Assembly: GCA_963746845.1 (NCBI GenBank)
Contig: CAVVCZ010000001.1
Location: 32,001 to 96,000, forward strand
Direction: 5' to 3'
From: an uncultured Chloroflexia bacterium
Lineage (GTDB): Bacteria > Chloroflexota > Limnocylindria > Limnocylindrales > CSP1-4
Length of the DNA: 64,000 nucleotides
Every line of letters begins with the position of its first letter. Within the stretch, counting starts at the first letter, position 1. Both the position numbers and the translations under genes were made by a program. The notes beneath the pieces were generated by a model. The model was not told the origin of the DNA. It saw nothing but the letters and a program-made list of their open reading frames with translations, and ran no database searches. This document shows positions 10,874 to 20,958 of the stretch, in pieces.

Positions 10874-12301
10874 TTGGCCTCGTCGACCGCCCCCCGGCGC
10901 AGCCTGTTCCATCACCCGAACTTCATCCGCCTGTGGACGGCCGCGACCGTCTCGCTGTTCGGCACCCAGGTCAGCCAGATCGCGATCCCGTTCATCGCGG
11001 TCATCCTCCTGCACGCGTCGCCGGGCGAGGTCGGTCTGCTGACGACCGTCGAGTTCCTGCCGTTCCTCCTGTTCACGCTGCCCGCGGGCGTCTGGGTCGA
11101 CCGGTTCTCGAAGAAGCGGATCCTCGTCCTCGGCGACCTCGGACGGGCGGTGATGCTCGCCTCGATCCCGATCGCGTGGGCCCTCGGCGCCCTGACGATC
11201 TGGCAGCTCTACCTCGTCGGGTTCGTCAACGGCGTGATGACCGTCTTCTTCGATGTGGCCGACCAGTCCTACCTGCCGACGATCCTCGAACGGGACGAGC
11301 TGGTCGAGGGCAACTCGAAGCTCCAGGTCAGCCAGTCGGCTGCCGCGATCCTCGGCCAGCCGCTCGGCGGCGGGTTCGTCGCGCTGCTGACCGCGCCGGT
11401 TGCCGTCCTCATCGATGCAGTGAGCTATGTCGGCTCGGCGGCATTGATCCTGTCGATCCGCGAGCAGGCGAAGGCGGCGGTCGCAGCGGTTCGCGCTGGG
11501 CCGTCCGTGTCCGAGACGGCGCTCGCGACGGAGGCCGACGAGATCGTGCCGGGCGCACCCGCGGCAGCGTCGCTGATCGTCGAGGCGCAGGCGGCGACCG
11601 CGGAGCCGGCACCGTCGGCAACGGAGGGCGAGACGGACTCGGCGCCGGGCAGCATGCGCCGCCAGATCGCCGATGGCCTGCGGTTCATCACCCGCCACGA
11701 CTACCTCGGACACATCGCCGCGACGACGGCGACCTCCAACCTCTTCGGCAACATCGGGTTCGCGATCTTCCCGGTCTACGCCTACAACGTCCTGCTGCTC
11801 TCGCCCCAGGCCGTCGGAGCGATGGGCGGCCTCGGCGGGGCCGGCGTCCTCGTCGGCGCGCTCGTCGCCAGCCGCGTGCAGGCACGGATCGGGGTCGGCC
11901 GGACGATCGTGGTCACCTCGGCGGGGAGCGGCCTGATCGGGCTGCTCTTCCCATTGGCGGCCCTCGGCGCGCCGCTGGTGCTGCTCTCGGTCGCGTTCTT
12001 CCTGACCAGCATCATCAACGTGCTCTACAACATCTCGCAGGTGAGCCTGCGTCAGGCGATCACCCCGGAGCACTTCCTCGGCCGGATGAACGCGACGATG
12101 CGGTTCCTCGTCTGGGGCACGATCCCGATCGGCTCACTCATCGGCGCCGGCCTGTCGGAGGTCGTGGGCGTCCAGGCGACGATCTGGATCTCGGCGATCC
12201 TGTCGCTCTTCACCTTCCTGCCGGTCCTGTTCTCGAAGGTCCGGACGATCCGGACGATCCCGACCGGCGAGCCCGCCGACGTCGCGGCGGCGTCCGCCTA
12301 G
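10874..12301 (+). CDS. MFS transporter (MFS_3 / H+ antiporter-like)
   Basis: Multiple TM helices, GVWVDRFSKK motif A, LRQAITP..LGRMNAT. Confidence 0.9.
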   Translation: MASSTAPRRSLFHHPNFIRLWTAATVSLFGTQVSQIAIPFIAVILLHASPGEVGLLTTVEFLPFLLFTLPAGVWVDRFSKKRILVLGDLGRAVMLASIPIAWALGALTIWQLYLVGFVNGVMTVFFDVADQSYLPTILERDELVEGNSKLQVSQSAAAILGQPLGGGFVALLTAPVAVLIDAVSYVGSAALILSIREQAKAAVAAVRAGPSVSETALATEADEIVPGAPAAASLIVEAQAATAEPAPSATEGETDSAPGSMRRQIADGLRFITRHDYLGHIAATTATSNLFGNIGFAIFPVYAYNVLLLSPQAVGAMGGLGGAGVLVGALVASRVQARIGVGRTIVVTSAGSGLIGLLFPLAALGAPLVLLSVAFFLTSIINVLYNISQVSLRQAITPEHFLGRMNATMRFLVWGTIPIGSLIGAGLSEVVGVQATIWISAILSLFTFLPVLFSKVRTIRTIPTGEPADVAAASA

Positions 12302-12329
12302 TTCAGGAAACGATCGGGCGTCTGCGATC

Positions 12330-12448
12330 GTCGCGCATGGGCGAGGCTGGCAAGGCGCCGGGGGAGCAGCGGAGCGAGCGCACTTCAAGGTGCGTGAGCG
12401 AGCAGCGCACCCGGCAACGCAGTCCAGCGTCGTCCAGGCGCGACAGCC
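12330..12448. repeat. Structured intergenic repeat element, copy 1
   Basis: Nested stems GTCGCGC/GCGCGAC, GCTGG/CCAGC, GCCGGG/CCCGGC and CGCAC/GTGCG; clearly homologous to 29742-29858. Confidence 0.75.
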
Positions 12449-12449
12449 C

Positions 12450-14108
12450 TCAGTCGAGCATGGGGATCCGGATGCCTCGCTCGCGGGCAACCTCGATCGC
12501 GCGCTCGTAGCCCGCGTCGACGTGGCGGACCACGCCCATCCCCGGATCCGTCGTGAGCACCCGCTCGAGCTTCCGCTCCGCGAGCTCCGACCCGTCCGCG
12601 ACCGCGACCATCCCCGCGTGCTGGCTGTAGCCGATCCCGACGCCCCCGCCATGATGGATGCTCACCCACGTCGCCCCGGCCGCGGTGTTCACGAGCGCGT
12701 TGAGCAGCGGCCAGTCCGCGACCGCGTCGGAGCCGTCGGCCATCGCCTCGGTCTCGCGGTTCGGTGACGCCACGGAGCCCGCGTCGAGGTGGTCGCGCCC
12801 GATGACGATCGGGGCGCTGATCTCGCCCGCGGCGACGAGCCGGTTGAACTCGAGCCCCGCCTTCGCCCGCTCCCCGTAGCCGAGCCAGCAGATCCGGGCC
12901 GGCAGCCCCTGGAACGGGACCTTGTCCTTCGCCATCTCCAGCCAGCGACGGAGCCCCTCGTCGGCCGGGAACAGCTCGAGGATCGCCTGGTCGGTCCGGG
13001 CGATGTCGGCGGGATCGCCGCTCAGCGCGACCCAGCGGAACGGCCCGCGTCCCTCGCAGAACTGGGGCCGGATGTAGGCCGGAACGAAGCCCGGGTAGTC
13101 GAACGCGTTCGCGACGCCGGCCGTCTGGGCCTGGGCGCGCAGGTTGTTGCCATAGTCGAAGACGACGGCGCCGGCGGCCTGGAACGCGAGCATCGCGCGG
13201 ACGTGGTCGGCCATCGCCGACATCGACCGGCGGACGTACTCGTCGGGCTGGGTCCGGCGGAGGACCACCGCGTCCGCGAGCGCGATCTCGGACGGGACGT
13301 ACCCGCCGAGCGCGTCATGCGCGGACGTCTGGTCGGTGACGACGTCGAACCGCTCGCCGGCACGGGCCCAGCCCGGCTCGATCTCTGCCGCGTTGCCCAC
13401 GAGGGCGATCGACTCCGCCCGGCCCGCCGCGGCCGCGTCCCGTGCCCACGCGAGCGCCTCGGTGGGCTCGGTCGTCAGGCGGTCCACGTAGCCGATGTCG
13501 AGCCGCCGACGCGCCCGCGCCTCGTCGACCTCGATCGCGACGCAGACGCCGCCGTTCATCGTGACCGCGAGCGGCTGTGCGCCGCCCATCCCGCCGAGGC
13601 CCGCGGTCAGGACGACCCGTCCCGCGAGCGACCCGCCGAAGTGCCGGCGGGCGAGCTCCGCGAAGGTCTCGTACGTCCCCTGGAGGATCCCCTGGGTCCC
13701 GATGTAGATCCAGGACCCCGCGGTCATCTGGCCATACATCATCAGCCCCTGCCGCTCGAGCTCGCGGAAGATCTCCCAGGTCGCCCACCTCGCGACGAGG
13801 TTCGAGTTGGCGATCAGGACCCGGGGCGCCCATTCGTGGGTCCGGAACACCGCGACGGGCTTGCCGGACTGGACGAGCAGCGTCTCGTCATCGGCCAGGG
13901 CCCGAAGCTCGCGCACGATCGCATCGAACGCGTCCCAGCTCCGCGCGGCGCGGCCCGTGCCGCCGTAGACGACGAGCGCATCAGGATCCTCCGCGACCTC
14001 CGGATCAAGGTTGTTCATCAGCATCCGGAGGGCGGCTTCCTGCTGCCAGCCCCGGCAGGTCAGGGCCGTCCCGCGGGGCGCCCGGACGGGTCGCGGGCCG
14101 CTCGTCAT
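12450..14108 (-). CDS. hutU: Urocanate hydratase
   Basis: [49 protein letters not shown] and GRDHLD. Confidence 0.98.
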   Translation of the reverse strand: MTSGPRPVRAPRGTALTCRGWQQEAALRMLMNNLDPEVAEDPDALVVYGGTGRAARSWDAFDAIVRELRALADDETLLVQSGKPVAVFRTHEWAPRVLIANSNLVARWATWEIFRELERQGLMMYGQMTAGSWIYIGTQGILQGTYETFAELARRHFGGSLAGRVVLTAGLGGMGGAQPLAVTMNGGVCVAIEVDEARARRRLDIGYVDRLTTEPTEALAWARDAAAAGRAESIALVGNAAEIEPGWARAGERFDVVTDQTSAHDALGGYVPSEIALADAVVLRRTQPDEYVRRSMSAMADHVRAMLAFQAAGAVVFDYGNNLRAQAQTAGVANAFDYPGFVPAYIRPQFCEGRGPFRWVALSGDPADIARTDQAILELFPADEGLRRWLEMAKDKVPFQGLPARICWLGYGERAKAGLEFNRLVAAGEISAPIVIGRDHLDAGSVASPNRETEAMADGSDAVADWPLLNALVNTAAGATWVSIHHGGGVGIGYSQHAGMVAVADGSELAERKLERVLTTDPGMGVVRHVDAGYERAIEVARERGIRIPMLD

Positions 14109-14157
14109 CGACCGATCGTAGCGACCGCGTCGACGAACCGCGTCCTGTCCGCGCCGC

Positions 14158-14829
14158 TCATGGGGCGACGTGCGCGAGGAGGCGCTCGCCGAGCCGGCTC
14201 GGCCCGATCGAGGTGAGCGACAGCACCACCGATCCGTCCTTCACGCGGGCGTGGTACGTGTACACCCCGTTCGTGCACGAGCCGATGTAGACGGTCCGCC
14301 CGCCGATCTCGCTCTCGACGTGGCCCTGGACGCCGCCGGCCTGGCGACACGCGGCCACGTCGTACGTGTCGCGCCACGTCCGGAACCAGCTCTCCCCAAC
14401 GGACGGGTCCCGCAGCCGGACGGCGTTGACGATGACGAACTCCTCCGGCGCGGCCTGCCCCGTGGGAGTCGCCAGCCCGGTCGCCATCGCCGCGGCATCG
14501 CGCGCGACCGCCGGGTCGCCGATCACGGTCGCGGTGGTCTCGGGATCGTACGTGAGGGTCATGCCGGCGTCGGTCGCCCGGATGAGCTCGAGCAGGGTCG
14601 GGTCGGCGCTGACCGCGAGGCCGGAAGCCGCGGCCCCGGACGGCGCGGTCGAGGGTGCGCCGATCGATGCGGACGGCGCACTTGGCGCGAGGCTGCTCGG
14701 CGGCACCGATGCCGGCGACGGGGTCAAGGCGCCGGGCGTCGGCCCGACGGAGCCGCACGCGGCCACGGCGGCGGCGGCGGCGAGCGCCAGGACCGGCGCG
14801 ACGGCCGCCGCCCGGGAACGCGGCCTCAA
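14158..14829 (-). CDS. Hypothetical lipoprotein
   Basis: Probable TTG start overlapping the VOC stop; lipobox VAAC, Pro/Ser linker, globular C-terminal domain with two Cys. Confidence 0.7.
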   Translation of the reverse strand: MRPRSRAAAVAPVLALAAAAAVAACGSVGPTPGALTPSPASVPPSSLAPSAPSASIGAPSTAPSGAAASGLAVSADPTLLELIRATDAGMTLTYDPETTATVIGDPAVARDAAAMATGLATPTGQAAPEEFVIVNAVRLRDPSVGESWFRTWRDTYDVAACRQAGGVQGHVESEIGGRTVYIGSCTNGVYTYHARVKDGSVVLSLTSIGPSRLGERLLAHVAP

Positions 14830-15248
14830 GCCGGCAGACGCTCGGAGTCGTCGTTCGGTCGGGTGAAGGCCGACTCGTAGAACTGGAGCGGGTTGCCCTC
14901 GGGATCCCACAGGAAGCAGAACGATCCGTACGCGGTCCGGACGACCTCCTCGTGCCGGATGCCGGCCGCGTCGAGGCGGCGGATCGCGAGGTCCAGGTTG
15001 TCGACGATCAGCTCCGGGACCACGCCGCCCAGGCGGTAGTCCTTCGGTTCCTTCGACGCGGTCCCGCCGGAGATCAGTGACAGGCTCGTGCCCTGCGTCG
15101 CATCGAACCGGATGAACGAGCGGGTGCGGTACAGGAGCCGCAGGCCGATCACGTCGCGGTAGAACGCGAGCTCCGCCTCGGCGTCCTCGACGAAGATCAG
15201 CGCACCGCGGACCTTGCTGACATTGCCGAGCGCCTGGGTCATGGCCAT
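14826..15248 (-). CDS. VOC / glyoxalase family protein
   Basis: IFVED...AFYRDVIGL and DPEGNPLQF motifs. Confidence 0.88.
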   Translation of the reverse strand: MAMTQALGNVSKVRGALIFVEDAEAELAFYRDVIGLRLLYRTRSFIRFDATQGTSLSLISGGTASKEPKDYRLGGVVPELIVDNLDLAIRRLDAAGIRHEEVVRTAYGSFCFLWDPEGNPLQFYESAFTRPNDDSERLPA

Positions 15249-15296
15249 CGGTCGGTCTCCCTCGGGTCGGCGTGCGCGTGACCCGAGGACGGTACC

Positions 15297-16067
15297 TCAG
15301 CCCAATTCGCGGCGCACGACCGGGAACCGGTCATCGTCGACGACGACGTCGAACCCGGCGTCGACCCAGAAGGCCGGGGTCGCCGCGCTGGTGGCGTCCG
15401 GGCGAGTGTCCAGCTCCGGGTACGCCTCGACCGCGGCGAAGCCACGCCCGGCGAGGTCGTCGCAGACGGCCCGGACGAGCGCGGTGGCGTGCCCGGCGCC
15501 GCGGGCGGCGGGGGTCGTCGCGATGCACGTGATCACGGCGGGCAGGGGCGCGTCGGGGAGCTGCGGGTAGAGGTCGCGCAGGCGCTGGGCGCGCGGGTAG
15601 GCCGACAGCGGACCGAACTGGGCGTATGCGGCCGACTCCTCGTCGACGAGCAGGACCTTCGCGTAGCTGCCGAAGACCGCCAACCCGCGGCCGAGCAGGG
15701 CGAGCTTGCGGGGCGCCTCGGCCCCGACCGTCGGTCGGGCGGCCGCTCGTGGGGCGAATGGGTTGACGACGGCCTCGTCATCCGCCTCCGCGAACGGGTT
15801 CACTGCCGACGCGCCTGATCGGCCGGCCGGCGCGAACGGATTGAACGCGGGCTCCGCCCGATCGCGCGCGAACGGGTTGTCCGCGACGGTCGTTCGCCGC
15901 GCCGGCTCCGGCGGTGCCGCCTCCAACCACGACAGCCGGGCCGCCTTCGATCCGCGGTCCGCGTCCTCCCAGTAGTCGCACGACCGGTGGTCGAAGCCGG
16001 GATCGGCACAGGGCGGGATCAGGCGGAAGCTCGGGTCATCGGTCACATCGACGATCCGAACCGTCAT
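15297..16067 (-). CDS. GNAT-family N-acetyltransferase (YoaP-like) with NPFA-repeat insert
   Basis: C.YWE N-terminus, AYAQFGP, ITCI, ARGAGHATALV acetyl-CoA motif, VEAYP. Confidence 0.75.
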   Translation of the reverse strand: MTVRIVDVTDDPSFRLIPPCADPGFDHRSCDYWEDADRGSKAARLSWLEAAPPEPARRTTVADNPFARDRAEPAFNPFAPAGRSGASAVNPFAEADDEAVVNPFAPRAAARPTVGAEAPRKLALLGRGLAVFGSYAKVLLVDEESAAYAQFGPLSAYPRAQRLRDLYPQLPDAPLPAVITCIATTPAARGAGHATALVRAVCDDLAGRGFAAVEAYPELDTRPDATSAATPAFWVDAGFDVVVDDDRFPVVRRELG

Positions 16068-17698
16068 GACGTGGTCTCGGCGCCGTCGACGAGGTCGTCG
16101 AACTCCCCGTCGTGCACGAGCCGGGTCACCGCCGTGAGGTCCGGGCCGGGCTCCCGGTCGCCGTCCAGGGGCGGGACGACCGCGCGGATCCGGCGTTGCG
16201 CCTCCGCGACCCCGGCTCCCGGCTCGGGACCGCCGGTCGCCGCGGGTCCGGCCTCGTCCGCCAGGAGCCGTCGCCGGTGGTCGATCGCCTCCGCCCCGAC
16301 CCGGAGCTCGATCGCGACGATCCGCTCGACGTGCTCGAGGACCGTTCGGGCGTGGCGCGCCGCGATCGGACCCATCGAGACATGGTCCTCCTGGTTCGCG
16401 CTGGTCGGGATCGAGTCGACGGACGCCGGATGGGCGAGGACCTTGTTCTCCGACGCCAGGGCGGCCGCGGTGTACTGGGCGATCATCAGTCCGGAGTCGA
16501 GCCCGCTCGCCGGGGCGAGGAAGGCCGGGAGCCCACCGCTCAGCCGCGCGTCGAGGAGCAGGGCGGTGCGTCGCTCGCTGATCGCGCCGAGCTCGGCGAT
16601 CGCCAGCTTCGCGAAGTCGAGGGCGAGCGCGATCGGCTCGCCGTGGAAGTTGCCGCCGCTGATGACCCGGCCACCTCCCGTCGCGAGCGCGTCCTCGGCG
16701 ACGACGCCGCCCTCCGGGAACACGAGCGGGTTGTCGGTCGCGCTGTTCATCTCGACGTCGAGGACCCTCCGGAGGTGGTCGAGCGCGTCGCGGACCGCCC
16801 CCTGGACCTGCGGCGCGCAGCGCAGCGAATACGGGTCCTGGACCTTGTGGCTCGTCGCCTTGTGGGCGGCCTGGAAGCCCGAGTCCCGGAGCAGGTGGCG
16901 GAGCTCCGCGGCCACCGCGATCTGACCGGGGTGGGGTCGGGCGAGCTGGTACGCGGCCGCGAACGCGACGTCCGTCCCGAGCAGGGCTTCCACGGACATC
17001 GCCGCGGCAACGCTCGCGGTCCGGGACAGTCGGTCGGCATCGGCAAGGAGCAGCGCCCCGATCCCCGACATCAGCTGTGTCCCGTTCAGGAGGGCGAGCC
17101 CTTCCTTCGCCCCCAGGACGAGCGGCTCCAGCCCGACCTCGCGCAGCGCCATGAGCGCCGGGACCTGCTGCCCGTTGAGCTCGACCTGGCCGCGGCCGAT
17201 CAGCGGCAGCGCGAGATGGGCGAGCGGTGCGAGGTCCCCGGATGCGCCGACGGAACCCTGGCTCGGGACGACCGGGTGGACGCCGAGGGCGAGGAACGCG
17301 ACCAGACGATCCACGAGGAGCGGGCGGCAGCCCGAGTGGCCCAGCGCGAGCGTGTTCGCCCGGAGCAGGAGCATCGCCCGGACGACCTCGCGCGGGAGCG
17401 GATCGCCGACGCCTGCGGCGTGGCTCATCAGGAGGTTCTCCTGGAGCCGCTCGGCATCGGCGGGCGCGATGAACCGGGTCGCGAGATCGCCGAACCCGGT
17501 GGTCACCCCGTAGACGATCTCGCCGCGGGCGACGAGACCGTCGATCAGGTCACGCAATTCCTGCATCCGGTCGCGCGCCGCGCCGTCCAGCGCCACGACT
17601 GCCCCGTGGCGGGCAACCGCCTCGACATCCGCGATCGAGAGGTTCGCCCCGGTCAGGACGATCGGGTCGGCGACGACGGGGCCCATCGGGTCGGTCAC
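16064..17698 (-). CDS. hutH: Histidine ammonia-lyase
   Basis: YGVTTGFG, GSVGASGDLAPLAH (MIO Ala-Ser-Gly), QDPYSLRC, SGGNFHG and NQEDHVSMG. Confidence 0.97.
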   Translation of the reverse strand: MTDPMGPVVADPIVLTGANLSIADVEAVARHGAVVALDGAARDRMQELRDLIDGLVARGEIVYGVTTGFGDLATRFIAPADAERLQENLLMSHAAGVGDPLPREVVRAMLLLRANTLALGHSGCRPLLVDRLVAFLALGVHPVVPSQGSVGASGDLAPLAHLALPLIGRGQVELNGQQVPALMALREVGLEPLVLGAKEGLALLNGTQLMSGIGALLLADADRLSRTASVAAAMSVEALLGTDVAFAAAYQLARPHPGQIAVAAELRHLLRDSGFQAAHKATSHKVQDPYSLRCAPQVQGAVRDALDHLRRVLDVEMNSATDNPLVFPEGGVVAEDALATGGGRVISGGNFHGEPIALALDFAKLAIAELGAISERRTALLLDARLSGGLPAFLAPASGLDSGLMIAQYTAAALASENKVLAHPASVDSIPTSANQEDHVSMGPIAARHARTVLEHVERIVAIELRVGAEAIDHRRRLLADEAGPAATGGPEPGAGVAEAQRRIRAVVPPLDGDREPGPDLTAVTRLVHDGEFDDLVDGAETTS

Positions 17699-17782
17699 GA
17701 TGCGGAGGATAGTCGGCTAGTCTTCGCCCGGTTCCACCCGCGCCGCCAGTTGCGGCCGTCCCGATCCGCCACCGAGGCCGCC

Positions 17783-18460
17783 GTGCTCGCATTCATCGAC
17801 CAGATCGTCATCCCGTTCCTGAACACGCTGTACGGCGCGGTCGGGTACCTCGGAGTGATGATCGCGATGGCGATCGAGTCGGCGATGATCCCCCTCCCGT
17901 CCGAGCTGATCCTCCCGTATGCGGGCTTCCTCGTCTCCGATCCGACCCAGCTCGAGCCGCTGACGAAGAGCCCGTGGTCGTTCTGGATCGTCGTGATCGT
18001 GGCCACGATCGGGAACACGATCGGGTCGCTGATCGCGTACGCGATCGGCGCGTGGGGCGGACGGCCGTTCCTCGAACGCCACGGGAAGTACCTGTTGATC
18101 CGGCAGCACGAGATCGAGCTCGCTGATCGCTTCTTCGAGAAGTACGGAGCGGCGACGGTGTTCTTCAGCCGCCTGCTGCCGATTGTCCGGACGTTCATCT
18201 CGTTCCCGGCCGGGGTCGTCCGGATGCCGATCCGGACGTTCATCGTCTACTCGACGGCCGGGGCGTTCCTGTGGTCGATCCTTCTCGTCTACGCGGGCAC
18301 CGTCCTCGGAGCCAACTGGGAGGCGATCCGCCACGCGCTCCAGCCATTCGACCTGCTGATCGCCTTCGCCGTCGGGGCGCTCGTGATCCTGTTCGTCTGG
18401 TGGCGGATCGGGCGGCCCGGCTGGCGGCGCGGCCCGAGCGAGACCGGCGACCCGAGCTGA
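17783..18460 (+). CDS. DedA family membrane protein
   Basis: ESAMIPLPSELILPYAG and RLLPIVRTFISFPAG; GTG start 17783. Confidence 0.92.
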   Translation: MLAFIDQIVIPFLNTLYGAVGYLGVMIAMAIESAMIPLPSELILPYAGFLVSDPTQLEPLTKSPWSFWIVVIVATIGNTIGSLIAYAIGAWGGRPFLERHGKYLLIRQHEIELADRFFEKYGAATVFFSRLLPIVRTFISFPAGVVRMPIRTFIVYSTAGAFLWSILLVYAGTVLGANWEAIRHALQPFDLLIAFAVGALVILFVWWRIGRPGWRRGPSETGDPS

Positions 18461-18470
18461 CCCGGGCCGG

Positions 18471-19265
18471 TCAGGGCGCGGGCGGCGAGAACTCGAGGTA
18501 CCCGCTGACCACGACGAAGCCCATCAATTCGTAGAGCGGCCGGCCCATCTCGCTGCTCTGGAGGATGGCGATCCGGCTGTCCCACGCCGCGCGGCCGGCC
18601 TCGATCGCGGCCCACGTGACCGCCCGCCCCAGCCCCCGCCGGCGAGCCCGCTCGATCGTCCCGACGGCGTAGATCCCGAGCGTCGCAGCGGATCGCACGG
18701 CGGCCGCCGCGGAGACCGGCACGCCGTCCAGGAATCCGACGGCCAGCCGGACCGAGGGGTCGCCCCCGAACGCGGGGCCGAACAGCCGCCGGAACCGCTC
18801 GCCGCCCTCGAGGGCCGTGTGCCAGGCGTCGAGGAGCTCGGCGCCGCCGGTCTGCACCTCGACGCCCGCGATCGGCGGATCGGGCGCGCGACCGGTCGGG
18901 ATCGGCTCCAGGACCATGACCGGCGTCGGCGACCCATCGGTGGTCAGGCCAAGGGATTCGGCGGCTCCGCGCAGGCGCGGGTCGAGGTCGTCCCGCACCT
19001 GGACCGACACCTGCACCTCCCGGCTCCGTGCCCACTCGACCGCCATCTCGACGTCCGGCGGAACCGCCGCGGGGTCGAGCACGAGCACCGGGTTGAAGAA
19101 CGCACTGTCGTTGCCCGAGACGATCGCGTGGACCGCGCCGAACCGGGCCGATCCGCCGCGCGGATGGCCGAAGCGTTCCGCCACCAGGGCGAACGCGACC
19201 ACGAGGTTCTCGTCCGCGAGCCGGCGCTGCTCGGCGACGTCCATCGACTCTCCCGTGTCCGTCAT
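18471..19265 (-). CDS. GNAT-family N-acetyltransferase
   Basis: GIYAVGT...RRRGLG and LQSSEMGRPLYELMGF. Confidence 0.85.
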   Translation of the reverse strand: MTDTGESMDVAEQRRLADENLVVAFALVAERFGHPRGGSARFGAVHAIVSGNDSAFFNPVLVLDPAAVPPDVEMAVEWARSREVQVSVQVRDDLDPRLRGAAESLGLTTDGSPTPVMVLEPIPTGRAPDPPIAGVEVQTGGAELLDAWHTALEGGERFRRLFGPAFGGDPSVRLAVGFLDGVPVSAAAAVRSAATLGIYAVGTIERARRRGLGRAVTWAAIEAGRAAWDSRIAILQSSEMGRPLYELMGFVVVSGYLEFSPPAP

Positions 19266-20587
19266 GCGCTCGCCCGGGCGCGCTCGTCAGGCGCCCGGCC
19301 GGACGTGAACGCCCGGTACAGCAACAGGTCGTAGAGGATCTTCACGCCGCCCGCGATGTAGAACGGCGCGGCCGCCAGACCCGCGTTGGACACGAGCTGG
19401 ACGGAGATCACCGGCGAGATCGCGGCCCCCGTGGTCCGGGCGATCCCGGTGACGCCCGCCGCCGCCGCGCGCTCGTCGGGCTCGACGACCGAGATCACGT
19501 AGGACTGCCGGGTCGGGACGTCCATCTGGCTGAGGCTGTAGCGGGCGAGGAGGACGAGAACGGCCAGCGGCAGCGTCGGCATCAGCGGCACGAGGATCAG
19601 CAGGACGTTCGACGGGAGATGGGTGAAGACCATCGTCCGGACAAGCCCGATCCGGGCCGCGATCCGCGACGCCGACAGGGACGACACGGCGGCGAGCAGG
19701 TTCGCGGCGAAGAAGATCGCGCCGAGGATCGCCGGCTCGACGCCGTACGTGACGTGGAACCAGTACGCCATGATGCTCTGGGGGATGAACCCGCCGCCGA
19801 ACGCGTCGAGCGCGAACAGGGCCGAGAGACGGGCGATGATCCCCCGCGACTTCCGCGCCAGCCCGAGGGTGCGCGACACCCCGTCGTCGGCCGACACCGG
19901 TGCCTCCACGGCCGGCCCGACCCGCCAGAACAGGACGGCCATCACCAACCCGATTGCCCCATAGGCGATGACCACGGCGCGGTACGCGTCGGCCGGCGCC
20001 AGACCCGCCGCGAGGAGGGCCTGGCTGACGAGGCCAGCGGCGAGCGCCCCGAGAGCGGTCGCCACGTAGCCCGCGAGGTTGTACCAGGCGAATGTCGGCG
20101 TGCGGCGGACGTCGGGTGTCGTCTGGCTCAGGGCCGCCTGCTCGACGGCGAGGAACGGCCCGACCTCGTTGCCGGTCGGGCTGATCACCCCGATCGTCCC
20201 CGCGATGATCAGGATGGCCACGGCATCGGTCGACGCGAAGACCACCCCCGCGATGATCATCAGCAGGGACCCGGCGATCAGCACGCGCCGGCGCCCGAGC
20301 CGATCGGCGCGAGTCGTCAGCCACAGGGAGATCACCGTGTCGCCGAGCAGCGTCAGGGTCAGGATCAGCCCGATCGGCCCGGGCCCGAGGCCCTGGGCGG
20401 CGAGGTACAGCACGAGGACGACGGCGAGGAAGCCGTAGGCGAACATCCGCAGGACGCGGGTCGTGAAGAGGAGCCGCCCGTTCCGGTCGAGGCCCCGGAG
20501 GCTCGCGATCAGGCTCGCGTCGATCGGCGCCGCCGGCGGCCGATCCGGCGCCGGATCGGGTCGGGGGACGGCGGGCGGGGAGGTCAC
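19262..20587 (-). CDS. MFS transporter
   Basis: ADRLGRRR motif A, multiple TM helices, SQMDVPTRQSY. Confidence 0.9.
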   Translation of the reverse strand: MTSPPAVPRPDPAPDRPPAAPIDASLIASLRGLDRNGRLLFTTRVLRMFAYGFLAVVLVLYLAAQGLGPGPIGLILTLTLLGDTVISLWLTTRADRLGRRRVLIAGSLLMIIAGVVFASTDAVAILIIAGTIGVISPTGNEVGPFLAVEQAALSQTTPDVRRTPTFAWYNLAGYVATALGALAAGLVSQALLAAGLAPADAYRAVVIAYGAIGLVMAVLFWRVGPAVEAPVSADDGVSRTLGLARKSRGIIARLSALFALDAFGGGFIPQSIMAYWFHVTYGVEPAILGAIFFAANLLAAVSSLSASRIAARIGLVRTMVFTHLPSNVLLILVPLMPTLPLAVLVLLARYSLSQMDVPTRQSYVISVVEPDERAAAAGVTGIARTTGAAISPVISVQLVSNAGLAAAPFYIAGGVKILYDLLLYRAFTSGRAPDERARASA

Positions 20588-20648
20588 CGGCGAAGTCTAC
20601 GTGCGAGAATGCCCCCGCACGGACCCGTCAGCGAGGCTGCCTCCCGCG

Positions 20649-20930
20649 ATGCCGGACGAGACGAAGACGACCCACGTCCCCAGCCCCGACGAGCTCGCGC
20701 ATACCGCCGGCGAGCTGCACCATCCGGGCGACCTCGCGGACGAGGCCCACGGGCCGGACGATCACGGCGAGACGCATGGGCACGACGACCACGCGCACGC
20801 CGGCGAGGCGCTCGGCCCGGTCGACGTCTTTGCGTGGGGGGCGTTCGTCCTCGGCATCGCGGCGGCCCTGCTGATCGTCCTGTGCCTCGTCGTGTCCCTG
20901 TCGCTGGTCGCGAGCTCCGGCGCCGCCTGA
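20649..20930 (+). CDS. Small His/Asp-rich single-pass membrane protein
   Basis: ATG 20649; His-rich N-terminus followed by one hydrophobic helix. Confidence 0.65.
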   Translation: MPDETKTTHVPSPDELAHTAGELHHPGDLADEAHGPDDHGETHGHDDHAHAGEALGPVDVFAWGAFVLGIAAALLIVLCLVVSLSLVASSGAA

Positions 20931-20958
20931 CTCCGGCGCCGCCTGCCTCCGGCGCCAG

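Noticed and set aside
20915-20956. CTCCGGCGCCGCCTG short tandem repeat at convergent gene ends
   Set aside because: About 2.6 copies of a GC-rich 16-mer; likely local slippage, no functional evidence
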